Source of the DNA: Psilocybe cubensis
Taxonomy: Eukaryota
Direction: 5' to 3'
Length of the DNA: 64,000 nucleotides
Assembly: GCA_017499595.2 (NCBI GenBank)
Contig: CM039004.1
Span: forward strand, 2,852,001 to 2,916,000
This document shows, in pieces, positions 37,548-50,544 of this stretch; the stretch's first letter is position 1, and every line of letters starts with the position of its first letter. Both the position numbers and the translations under genes were made by a program. A model generated the notes under the pieces. That model ran no database searches and was not told where the DNA came from. It saw nothing but the letters and a program-made list of their open reading frames with translations.

Positions 37548-40500
37548 ATGTCTATTCGAACGATGTCCAATGATAATGGAACGGTAGAGGGTTCTGAAAG
37601 GAATATTGAGTCTCGACAATTCGGCCCACGATCGCGTTCACAGTCTCGCCGTAGGACAACTTCTTCCTCACTACGGAATGGAAATGCACTTGTGTCTGGG
37701 GCAGGGGAAAGTCCAATGCATTCCAACAGCCATACGACGAGTAACGGAATTCCCCAGAACACCACCAACGATCAAACAAATCGAGTTGAAAACCAGTCTC
37801 GCCATATGTCGCCGGCATATGGAAATAGTTCCACAATGTATCCAGGTCAATTCAATATTCCAACGACTTCTCCAGCCATCGGTGCCAATTCCAATGATCC
37901 AGCACCTTCAAGTTGGCAAGGCTATTTTCCTGACATGCACCTTCAGATGTATGCGTCCCCGATGTCTATTGCATATCAAAACCTTTCCACACCCATGATG
38001 CAGCCCAAGCGAGGGAATTCTTTACCCGCCCCTCCAGTTTCTTACCCTTCGACTCCGATGCACGCATTGCAACCAATGACACCCTCGCAATCAGTTCCAC
38101 AATCATACCATACACTTCCGGATTCAATGAGGCCGACTATGACGCCAGGGAGGATCATACAGCCCGGATTGCCCACAGCACAACAACAAGAATCGAATTC
38201 CAACACTACTCCAATCGTTCCCATCAATCCATACCCAATGCAGCCGGTCACAGAGACAAAAGAAGACGCGTTTGTCGCGTCGGACCCATACCATCCACAG
38301 AAATCAACACAGGGCGCAAAGGAAATTTCATCGTTTGACGAGGTCGAAATGCCCGGTCCTCCGCGTTTGGGCTATTATGCACCGGCAAACACCAGTCTGG
38401 GACATCCGACTCAAGCTAGTGCTTATGCATATGCTGGTGGACGCCCTCAGGACAGGCCAGGAAGCTCGAGTCGGCCTACGGCTCTTCCCACGAAGACGGG
38501 AAAGGATATTGCATCATTCGACGAAATCGAAACGCCCGGCCCAGCTCAGAATAAAAGTTCTATTGTACAGGGTTTTGCCCCAATATATGGGCCTCAAGTC
38601 GCGTCGTACGGATGGCCAAATGGACGCGTCTCCGATACGCCGGGAAATATGGCGTATCCTTTGGAACAAGATGGAGGTTGGGGATTACCGGCTGCATCAG
38701 GCTCGTACGCATCGCCAGCGTGGAGGACGGCATCCGAATCTGGTAAACAACGGAGGTCTACTTACGGTTCAAATTTTAATATAAATACTCAGCATCCACC
38801 GACGCCGGCTTTAGGTCAGGAGGAAGATGAGAGGAACTCGTCAAAATACACTGGATATCTAACAACTCCGTCATTAGGGTATACTTCGCTTCCCACTGTT
38901 CAAACATATGAGTCAGGCTGGCCTACGCCGCTGGCGATGACGAAGACCAAAGCCAATGACGATCCATCATCAAGGATATCTAGTTGGGGCACTTACCCTG
39001 GTCGTACACCTTCTACCCCATACTCTACCTCCTACAGTACCCCAGCAATACCTTCACCATCTGGATGGGGCTCAGAGTATGAAGCAGATTATTCACCTTC
39101 AGCGACACAGACCCGGGGCAATGAAAGCGACCTGGGAAGTTCTTCCAAAGCCAACATAAAAATGCCAGAGCCTCAGATACCCCAAATACTGCCACCTAGG
39201 CTTGGTAGTTCCCTCGAAACAACGGGTCCGATGCCAGTGCCTCATATTCCCCAAATAATCCCCTCTAATCGTCATTCTCCGTTACCTAATTTGTCGGAAG
39301 TACCCAACGTTGGGGAGAAAACTAATCACGATCATAGTATAATGCCCTCACCTGCGCAGCATGCTTCCGTATCCGTACAAACCAGTCCAAAGGAGGATGC
39401 GCCGGAAGACGTAGTCTCTTTAGACAATGAATTATCTCCAATCCAACCTAACGAAGAACCTTTGGTCAGCACACTGCCCTTAGATTCGCCAACGCCAAAT
39501 CGTAATGAAATTGATGGGATACCAACTTCTATTCCAGCTCGTTCATCAGAAGATGAACGCCTTAGTTCAATTAATGAACATATCATGGCAAGTATAGGAG
39601 GGGATAATGAAGAAAATTCTCCGAACTCAGCGAAGCCTACGCGAACTCCTTCACCTCTCCCAGTTCCATCGAAATCTACAATAACGATGCCTATTCCTCA
39701 AATTCCTTTAATTGTTCCACCACGTTGGTATAATGCGACCAGGCCTGATCCCCCAGACTTGTCTGCTCCTGAACATGCTTCGAACCACTCATCTTCAGAA
39801 TCTATATCTAAACCTGAACCATCTTCTCCTGCCAAGTCCTCTTTTTCATCGTGGACCATGCCATCGCTACCGTCAGCGTCTGTTCCGTATGTACCTGACA
39901 TAACCCTCAAACCTTCTGTCTGGACAAGAGCGAAGAATTTCTTCCGCTGGCCCTTCAATGAGAGCAAACCACTCAGCACAAAGCCACAATTTGCACCCAA
40001 CCCCATACAGCCTCCTTTTGTCGCTCCTTATATCCTGCCTCCACCTCCTGTGCCCATGGTTATACGATATTCGAAGGAACCTTCAATTGACATGACTAAA
40101 TTGGTCGTCAATTTTGTCACCGGAACGGTACCAAGACAGGTCTATCTACACTTTTTACTTCGTCTGCCATCCCTTTATTTCAGTCGCGTTGCCCGCATTT
40201 TTGAGGAAGCCGATCTGACGCTTCCTGAAATCAAGAAAATGGCGCTTGAGACTGCTTCGACAGCGAAAGGACCAGTTGACTTGCAAATCTTTGAATCGTC
40301 GAACATGCCGCTGCCATATACTCGGCTAAAATCGACTTGGGAAGGGTTCATCGATTCAGTGATGAGGGAATGGAAAACGTTCAACATCATATCGGTGCTT
40401 CTTTTGTCGTTAGTTCTTTTTTTGTTTTATTTTTTTTACTGGATGTTAGCTCATGGCTTTCACACATAGTGCGATCCTGACCATCCTACAAATCGACACC

Positions 40501-42130
40501 GCAGCGGATGATCCTATTACGAGATATACTGCAATTGCGTCTTTGATCTGCGCTTTGATCAGTCTTCTTTTTGGATGCATGTATATTATAAGATTCGGGA
40601 CTATGCGTAAAACTTATAAAGCAGCTGAATGGGCACTGGTGCGTCCATCGTTTTCTTACTTACTCAGAGCACATGTTTAGCGTTTTATAGGAAGCCAAGA
40701 AAACTAAAACCGTGATTTGGTGGAATGTGTGGGTATTGTTGGCCATGCCAGCCATTTGGTTAACCTGGTATGTTTTTATCTATTGACTCATTCGTCAGCA
40801 TTTAACTATGTTCTTCAGGTCAATCATTTTGTACATTGCATGCACCATGTCGTTTGTCTGGCGAACAAGCTCGCAAAGCGATTCAAATCCTATAGTCACA
40901 TCAAAGACCGCACTTCTCACTGTCCGCATTGTCATCAGTTCAGTTTTAGGTCTGGGCATAATTTATGGCGGACTTATTCTGAGCACTTTCAGTCGATATG
41001 GGTCTGCCATGGATAAAGCCTGGAAAAAGAGGGTTGATAATTGGATTGTGGAAAAATATGGTCTGCAAAGCCAGGGCGGGCAATATATACCCAGCCAGCA
41101 GTACCCGTCGTCCTATTACCATACACCATACATCAGACCTGGTACAACGCCCCTACCTCCCGGATTAGCACCCGAATATTACACACCATATGTTCAGCAA
41201 CCAGGCGGTCCCTTACCCACTGGATTCGTTCCCCAGACTTTTGGCTATCCCTTCCAAGGAAGTACTCCGTATGCAACACCTACGCGATTGCCCCCTTCTG
41301 GACAGTATATGCCATACATTCCCTCTGCTAACATCCCTGCTTATCAACCCTCTGCACCTTATACACCCTTTATTCCTCCCGTTGGCTTCCCTTCCTATGG
41401 GTATTATCCCCCTGCTGTTCCTTCTTATCCGCCTTCGCCTACAATTCCACCCGTTATCCCTCCGGTATCTTCTACACCATTTATTCCTCCCCTCGAAACT
41501 CCCAGCTCGAGTCCAGCTGAATCTTATGACGAACAATTTTTCATACCTAATAACTTACACTCTGGACAAAGCAGCGGCCCCCGACGCACAGATAGCGATG
41601 ATTGGACCCATCAAAACAACCAGCGACGCAGTTCGACAAACGCATGGAACTACAGCAACGAGTGGGATTACAGTACTCCGAATCCTTCGACCCGACTTGG
41701 ACAATCCACGTCCTCGTCGGATATGGACAGCGTAACTCGGACAAACACACAACATAATGCTGGCCCAATCCCAGATCATAGCAGTCCGAGCACCAGCATA
41801 CCGACGGATCGCCCACCGGTTGGTTCTAATTCCACCTCTGGGCGCCGAAGACGTACAAGACCCACTGTTTCTACCTCATCTCCCACTTCTTTACCTACAG
41901 GCATGACCAGTGCAGATGCAAATGGTACATCCCCTGACGTGAACACACTCTCGCCTCTTGCAACACCTGCGAGTGCCCATGTCACTTTCCGGTCGCCACT
42001 GGTTTCAGAATCTGCACCGCGAAACCAGGAAGGGCCAGGGCACACAGTTCGGACATTGAACACGGATGATGATTCTGCACCAAACATTCTAGACTTTGCT
42101 CAGAGATCAAACGTCTCCTCTCCACAATAA
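37548..42130 (+). CDS. Multi-pass membrane protein with long disordered N- and C-termini, paralog 2
   Basis: 973-codon first ORF ending LLRLPSLYFSRVARIFEEAD...WEGFIDSVMREWKTFNIISVLLL; same three intron positions as paralog 1; TM exons; Y/P-rich tail. Confidence 0.82.
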
Positions 42131-42296
42131 AGATGATTTGTTCTGATATTGTATGCCATGACGCTTTCCCATATGGATGAGGGTATAGCCTCGTTAAATC
42201 TTCAATGACGTAGTTACAATGTCCATTCCTAACTTATACAATATCATAGTGCTTCGCATTTCGTCCGTTGTAATGTTTAGATATCGATATCGCCCT

Positions 42297-42801
42297 TCAC
42301 TGAGTGGTGACAACACCATCTGGTTCTGTAATTTGCTTATCAATGAGACGTGACATGGATATAAAATCATCAATCAAACGCACCGATGTATGAAATTACG
42401 TCGGTGAAGCTCTGAAGACTCTGGAGGTAAGAGTCGGGAATCTTAGCAGCGAATCCCTGAATGCAGGTCCGAATGTTATATTCTTTCGATAATCATGGAA
42501 TGGATTGGCTGGCTTACATTAAGAATCCCTCCATCTTCGTCAAAGCGTGTTTTGAGTTCACCCCCTGAATAAAAAGGTGATTCAGCACCCCGAGAAAACA
42601 CGAATATGAATGCTAGGAAACGCACCGGCTTGCTGTACCTCCTTGACATATTGATCAATCTGCTCCTTGGTGACATCGTCCTTGAAGACAACAATGTAAG
42701 GTCTAAAGTTGCAGCGCAAATAATTAGCCCCCTATCGTTTCACGGATGCACGATCGTCTCAAGATCGTGTCGTAGAACCGGACCACTTACGCTCCAGACA
42801 T
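42297..42801 (-). CDS. Stand-alone subtilisin-propeptide-like protease inhibitor (family I9, POIA/PBI2-like), ~78 aa, 5 exons
   Basis: Hand splicing of four GT-AG introns gives MSGAPYIVVFKDDVTKEQIDQYVKEVQQAGGELKTRFDEDGGILNGFAAKIPDSYLQSLQSFTDVISYIEPDGVVTTQ*; YIVVFK, GFAA and YIEPD are I9 hallmarks; TATA-like element near 42903. Confidence 0.9.
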
Positions 42802-43206
42802 AGTGTGTTGAGATCCTTTGGCTGTTTGTGTGAGTGATCGAAAGAGATTGGGCGACGAATGTCGTAGTTGGGATGATGGAAGCGCAGTCCGAACTGGAGC
42901 CTTATAAAGCCCTTTTACGCTCCATAACGCCATCATGATTCCGGACGGTGCATGGGCAAGAACAGTGACATACAGAATCCAATCTAATCTTACTGTAAAT
43001 GTCCGCCAAGTCTGGCATATCTGATAAGCATCACACGGATGCTAACTGCATGCGTCACGGAATCCATGGCCCCAAGGTGGGTCCAAGCGGGGGTGCGCAA
43101 GTGAAATTAAATCCTACCATGTATAGTATAGGCGTAGAATAAACCCCGTATAAACATCCAATATAACTTCTATATGTACAGAGAAATATAAAAAGACAGA
43201 ACAAAT

Positions 43207-46200
43207 CTACTCGTCAAAGCCTCCAACAGTCCGAATGCCTTCTACTAACCGGCGATATTCCCGCAGCAGCTCTCCGACTTCCGAGAGACGTAAGTCATCT
43301 GGGTTACATTCCAGGAACCTCTGTTTTGGAGGCGGTAGTCGCAATGGTATAGGCGATGCAGCTCTGGAAGATACAGGGCTGACAGGTCTTGCAACGGAAG
43401 GCTGTGGGTGAAGTAAAGATGACCTTCGTGACTCAGGCGGTGGCGAACCCCCCTGTGAATGAAGTAAACAAAGGTTATATGTTAACAAATAGTGGGATCG
43501 CATACCTTTCGACCGGCCAGAGCGGAAACAGATGCCAGTCGGTCTGACAAACTTTTCCTCGCACGGGACATCTTGGATTTTTCTTTGCTTGCACTTAACA
43601 TGCTTTCGAAACTTCGTATGCTCCGTGCATCACCCACGCCGGTATGTCCTTGCTCATCGTCGTCCTCATACTCGGCCCCTTCTTCTTCGCCATCGACCTC
43701 ACTATCATCTTCGTTGGAGGTAGCACTGGAGGAGTCGCTGGCTTCATCCTGGCTGTCCTCTCCTCCCACCTTGATTCGCAAAGAGGCTCGAGATCGTACA
43801 GACGACGGTCTGGAAACGGTAACGAGTTGCTGTCCTGACTCTTCGGCACCCGTATTTGACCTAGATCGTCCGGTGATGGGCAGAGAAGCAGCCAAACTTG
43901 CAATCGAAAACCCGCTCTCGCGTCGCAACAGACCAAATCCAGCTGGTCTGGACCCAGGCGTGCCAGGTGTCAGACGGCCACTGGCAGGCGACTTTGGGTC
44001 CACACCGGCAGGCATGAACGAGCGCAGGATACCGAACGACGAGTCGACCACACCGCTAATCACTTTGTTGGCTGAATCGGCGATGGCATCGACTTGTTGT
44101 CCTACTCGTCCACGTAGCCCTTGACCGCCGTCGAGTGGTTCGAGAGGAGTTTCAGAAGTGACCGGACTACGTGTCAATGGTATTGGAGTAAGGTCCGCGG
44201 TGCTGAAGAGTGAAGTGTGAATTAAAAGCAATGAAATAAATGAATGAATGCAAAAAAACCAACCTCATGACCTTGTCGCTGTCGCCGAGTCCTAACCCAG
44301 CCATATCCACATTCTCTAAGAATTCAGCGACAGCCATTAAATTGATAAGGCAATAGCTCTCCTCGCCACCAACAGACTGATTCCTGAATCTCTGTGTAAA
44401 TAGCAAATTCGAGACTAGATGTGGAGGATTTGCTTTGACAACAGAAAAAATGATCATTGGCAAAAGAACATCGCCAGATACTGGCGTAGGTTCTTTTGGA
44501 GGAGTTGGCCGTTGCAGCTGAGATATTACAGGGACCGGTGGAGGCGCAGGAGAGTCAAGTGGCAGAGGCGGAGGAGGAGATTTGACTTTCGAAGGGGCAG
44601 TTGGGATATCAGGTGCCGAAGATGAGTTATCAGGCGAAGACTGGATGTTGGCATCCTCTCGCCCTTGTGCATCGATGGCTGGCTTATTGGCGCTCTGAGC
44701 ATCGGTACAAGATGATTTATCAATGGTTTCTGCCTGTCCATCTTCGCTATTTTCAAACTTTTTTGTAGGCCTGGCAGTTTGTGGATCTTCATCCACATCT
44801 TGATCAGCGTCATGCTCAGATATCAGGCGAATGGGAGGCAGTCTGGACAATCCGTCTGCAGACAGGTTTTTTAGATGCATCGTCGTTAGAAAGTACAAAA
44901 CACGCACCGACAACAACTCTATGAGCTGCTACTAGGAGAGCAGATTTGTCACCAGGACTTCTACACGTATCCAACTGACTGAGCACTGCATAATTGTAAA
45001 TGCTTGCGCTACAGTAAAGTGATTTCAGCTGGCTTACATTCTCCACATGCTTTGACAACTGCGTCAAGCTCTGGTTCGTTTACAGCATCTCCAACTTCAA
45101 TCCCAAGATGACCGAGACCCAGATCCAACATATTGAGAGCTGCCACACGACTGGTAAGAGCTTCATCATGCGATGCATCATCGGTGGTAGATTGCATAAA
45201 CAAACTGGAAGAAAAGTCAGTTCTTTATTTACATAGCAATGGAGGAATACATACCGATCATAGAAAAGCGACGTGATAATGCGTTCGACTGCCTCCATGA
45301 CCTCACGAACTCGGGTTTCGCTTTCCATACGATCGTTTTCGCGTTTCTCCCTGTCTTTCTCATCCTCCGCCTCCGCCTCTCCTTCTTTTTCTCGCCGCCG
45401 TGGAATAAACGGTGTGCCACCCGCCCTCATATCCTGCTCCAGCTCGAGATAAAAGTCTTGCAGTCTTTCCGCAGCATCGTCAGGGCTTTCTTCTATAGGA
45501 TTGACAATATATCCATGCCCGTTGCCGGAAGAGTCTTTATTGCTCTTTGAAGATCCCGAAGAACTTTTGATAAACGGATACCAATCGGCCGTCATATCAT
45601 GCACCCTTTCAGCCACCCAGCTTGGGACAGGGATATTTCCTAACGACGCCGTAGATGCTAGCCCGGCTTTCAACTCATTCTTCAACGACTTGTTGATCTC
45701 TTTCGCGAGATCCTTTCTGACAATTTTACGTCCTATCGTAAAGGCTGGGATCTCAAAGGACGCATTGGGGTCGATTGTCGAGTCGAGACTGTGCAAAGAA
45801 GAAGGCGGGGATGAAGGTGCGGGAGTCGAAGGTTTTGAACCGAAGAGAGAGGCAAAGGGGTTGGTTATCCGTGATGGGACAGAATTGGTGGTCGAAGAAC
45901 CAAGCCGACCAGCTGGTCTTGGAGGAAGCGGGGGTTTACTTGACGCTTGGGATCTTGGCGGCAAATGTAAAGCAGGTGAATAATGGGGAATGTGATATTG
46001 GGGGTATGGTACAGGTGGTATCACGTCAGATAGTGGCACAGGTAGCGGGGGAAGACAAGCAAGAGCAGATGCTCTTGTTGCAGGATTGAGAAGATCTTGA
46101 AATAGTTTCGAGGTGGTATTGATGGTGGAACGGAGGGTCAGCACTTCACTAGGGGAAATTCATTGAGTACCAGTGCGCGATACGTTCTGTGAAGAGAACA

Positions 46201-46854
46201 CACCCGTCTAGAGTTCCACGAAGGCCAGATAGAGTTACAATGGGTAGACTTTTTCGGGATGAACCCTCGCATAACACGATATGATCTTTCAGAAAATCGG
46301 GAGTGATTTTGAAATTTGAGAACGTAGATTCCAAGGGCAAAAGAAGCGTTGCCTACAACAAATTGAATATACTGTTGCAACCAGTGGGTTGATCGTACCT
46401 TGCCACTGGTAATTGCTTGCCAAATGTCCAACCATTCGTCCGAGGTCTCTACATCGACTACCAACTTCTCCAGTATCGTCCAGCCCAGAGTTCCACTATC
46501 CAAACCTATCGCTTGCGCGGCTGCCTTCAGATGCATGAGCTGCAGTTTGCTAGTAGCATCTCCCTGATGCTGTTGCGGTGAATGTGGGTGAACTGTCATG
46601 CCTGTGGTGGCTGAGGTCGCAGTTACGCGCTGGCGAGGCGTGTAAGGGACATATCGAGGGCCACCATTGACGCTGAGTGTGGCGCCGCTTCCTGAAACGG
46701 CGTGTCCTTGCTCCGATGGCGTTGGAGAGGATGGCCCTGGAGAAAGAAGTGGATGTGCTTCGTGTGCGGGGGATGCAGGGGGTTGTGCTTGCAGTCGAGC
46801 ACCCGTCGAACGGCTTATGGATGTTGCAGGGAATTCGTTCTCTCTTTTGGACAT
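43207..46854 (-). CDS. VPS9-domain Rab5-family GEF (Muk1-like)
   Basis: HDEALTSRVAALNMLDLGL; SPGDKSALL; SGDVLLPMIIFSVVKANPPHLVSNLLFTQRFR; GEESYCLINLMAVAEFLE; C-terminal FLECNPDDLRLSEVGELLREYRRL. Confidence 0.88.
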
Positions 46855-47545
46855 AGTCTATGACGTTCTACGTAAGAAGAGTATGTTTTGCGTTCAAAAC
46901 CTTTGCTGGACCAGTTTCTCAGACGAGGAATGTTATCGGATCCCTCTAATGCCAACGATGTCCCCCGGAATACGACAAGCAAAAATCCAATGAATCCAAA
47001 AAATAGATGTGGAGAAATGAAGGGGCAATGGTGGTGGATTGTGGTGAACCCAGCATCTAGCCAGGCCCGTATCACTTGTCCGCCCGTTATTTTGGGTCAT
47101 CAAGCTTGATCCCGAACCACAATGTCAGCAACACTTTCCTCTATACTGGTTCGCATCCAGAACTTTCGAAATCTACGCGACAAATTATAGGCTTATCCAG
47201 GAAATCATAATCGCTCTTAGAGATTGTCAGCAACTCTATTGCAAGCGTGCCAGGCGTTTGTGGTGCACACATGTCGTATACGGATCCACAACACGTTCAC
47301 TATTTTGTCAACCGGTCGTTTTGCATGCTTCATGGCCTCTAGGAAAAAATGGACTTGATACCGCAACACAACCATGGCTCAGATCATCACCTAGTTGAGG
47401 GAACTCGCAACCGGTGGCCCCCTGTCCAACGTACCCAACTCTCGATGTCAACGTCCCCACCAATGAACGGACACGTTGTACGCTCTTTAATACCACTGAA
47501 GCCTCGAGGTGGCCATACTTTCATCTCATCCTCCTAACCACCATC

Positions 47546-48024
47546 ATGTTGCCAACTTCGGCGATAAATGAAAGCGCAAAAGTAAAACCTGGTTTCTTCA
47601 AGAACCTACTGAACCACTTCAAGAAACCGTCCAAAAAACCACATAACCAGTCCACCGCGAGTTTTTCCTCTTCGCTTAGCGCTCTAAAAACAATCATAGT
47701 GGCCCCCTTCAGAAGCCATCGTACAAAGCCTTTGCATCCCAATGGACAGCAGTGTACAACGCACCGATTCTCGGTAAGTAACATACCACATGCCAATCCG
47801 ACTCAATTCGTATATACAAAACTAACTGCGTAATCTCCGTCAAACAGGCTGCAGAAACCTATACAACCTACTCCGTGGCGAACCAATCTAAGGAGAGTCG
47901 ATTACCTGCGATACCACTGCCTCTTAGGGCTTCCCGGTCGGGTTCAGACGCATCTCTTTACTCAGAAATTCATATCCAAATCGTTCCACCTTCTTCCAGC
48001 GAATTGGACCTCGATGAGATCTAG
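47546..48024 (+). CDS. Small orphan protein (~134 aa, 2 exons)
   Basis: ATG at 47546; GTAAGT...CTAAC...CAG intron keeps the frame open to ...IHIQIVPPSSSELDLDEI*; no recognisable domain. Confidence 0.55.
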
Positions 48025-48803
48025 GTAACTCGTCACATTCACATGTCGCCAAAACCAACCACTACAACGACGCCATGATCTTCGCCAACATGATATCATG
48101 AATCAGCAGTATCGAAAAATGGTCTCAATAACATCGGTTCCGCTTTCACCATGTCTGACCATCATTGATAAGGTGTCATGTTCGGCCCACTCACTATCTA
48201 GTACTCAACGCCAATAATAAACCAACAAATGTCGAACACGTCTGGAAGGGGAAATCATCTGATGCTACACTTCAATCTTATGTTCTTATATATGCATACT
48301 CTATGCTCATTCAAAAGCGCGTTCCGGTCTCTAAATCAAACTGTGCAACGTCTATCACAATTGACCTGTCAGTAAGGTCAAAAACCCAGATAGCCTCTGA
48401 ACATCAAAAAGACTGATCCAAATATCGTCAGCAAAACTGCGCTATAAGTGTAGACGGCTACTGCGATTGACTTGCCGGTTATGAACAATAATTGAAAGCA
48501 GTCCGAGTCGATGTGTCTAATCGTCCCAATAGGGCAAGGGAGGACATGTTTGCTTATGACGTAAGACCACAGGCGGCAACATTTGGTCATCCTTCAACAC
48601 GTCATCCTACCGCTCTTCAACAAGAAGCGCTCGGGAGTCGCATCGTAGGGCCCTGAGTTGAAACATTCACTCATGTATTCCAATGTCATCCTACCGAGGT
48701 ATGAATTTCAAGAAAAGTATAAAATGGTCTGGGTACAACCTCTACAATCCATATCTAAACACCCACTCAAATTCCTGTTGCCTTCAATCTCTCTCCAATA
48801 ATA

Positions 48804-50306
48804 ATGGAATCAGCGAAATCTCTCTTTGATACACCAGTACAGCCTGTGACTGGCCTTGGACGTTATCGCGTACTTTCGGCGACGGCTGGTGTGCATGTCT
48901 CGCCTTTGCAGCTCGGCGCTATGAGTATTGGCGATAAATGGAGCGAGCTTGGGATGGGAAGCATGGATAAAATTTCCAGCTTCAAGCTCCTCGACGCGTT
49001 CTTTGACAACGGAGGAAACTTCATCGACACAGCCAACTTCTAGTAAGATTTACAGTTTGTCGATCATCGTTCTTACTGACTTTAACATCATTTTCAGTCA
49101 AGATGAGACTTCGGAAATGTTCATCGGCGAATGGGCAGAGTCTCGAGGAATCCGCGATCAGCTCTTCATCGCAACCAAGGTACACCAAATTTCTTTTTTA
49201 ATCAACATAATACTAAAATTTATCTGCTTAGTATTCCAACAACACGAAGAATAGGACAGGTGCAATCAAGCAAGCTGCGCTGTACTCTGGCAACAGTGCA
49301 AAATCCATGCACATTTCGGTGGAAGCATCTCTGAAGAAATTGCGCACGTCGTACATCGATCTCTTCTACCTTCACTTCTGGGACTGGGACACCAGCTTCG
49401 AGGAAGTGATGAAGGCTATGCATACCCTTATCGTGCAAGGAAAGGTTTTGTACCTCGTATGTCATGCTTCTCTATCCCAAGGCTGGACTCGGTGTACTGA
49501 CATTGTTTATTATAGGGTGTTTCAAATACTCCGGCATGGGTTGTTTCCAAGGCTAATCAATACGCTCGCGATCATGGGCTTACGCCTTTCGTGATCTATC
49601 AAGGCTACTGGAATATCTTGGATCGTTCTTTCGAAAGAGATATCATTCCAATGGCACGATCTGAAGGTAATATCAACTCCGCCAGGTCACGGACTATTCA
49701 CTCAAGTATCACTGTTCATAGGAATGGCACTCGCTCCGTATGGCGTCCTCGGTGGAGGAAAGATTCGCACAGATGAGGAAGAAGAAAGACGTCGCGCTAA
49801 TGGCGAGCACGGCCGTACAGTCTTTGACCCGAACTGGGAACGAACAGACAGAGAGAAAGCGATCTGCAAAGCGCTTGAAAACGTTGCAGCTGAAGTTGGC
49901 GCAAAAAGCATCACCTCAGGTACGCTTAGCTATCGCCTCCAAAAAGTTATATAATGGAATCTGACGTCTGTGATGCCTTGTAGTGGCGATTGCGTACGTG
50001 ATGCAGAAGACGCCATATGTGTTCCCTGTAATTGGCGGGCGGAAGGTTGAGCATTTGCTCGCGAATGTGGAGGCTCTGGATATTTCTTTGACGAAAGAGC
50101 AAATTCAGTACTTGGATAATGCATCTCCGTTTGATCCTGGGTATCCCAACTGGCTAATTGTGAGCTTCCTTCTCCGTCATTTGGAGCTTTGATACTGACA
50201 CAGTTTCCTTCAGGGTGATGGAACTGGACGCAGTGCTATGCTCCAAGCATTCTTTGTGAATGAGCCCAGACCCACCGCAGAGCCACTTCGTCCCAGTCAC
50301 CTGTAG
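48804..50306 (+). CDS. aad: Aryl-alcohol dehydrogenase-like aldo-keto reductase
   Basis: [94 protein letters not shown] near 48718. Confidence 0.92.
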
Positions 50307-50544
50307 ATTTTTTTTCTGCCACTTCGCATACCAAAATGTTCTCAATGCTAATGTATACTTTTAATGGCGATATTCTGACCATTATATCCGAGTTCACCCA
50401 CATGTAAATTAATATGATAACAACCATACAAGAGACCCAAAATAAAAAGAAGACGAGATATTTCCTTAGGTATATAATCCAGCTCACTGCTACTTCCATC
50501 GCCAGCACCACACTCCTTCCTCCTCGGCATATCGTTACTGAGGC

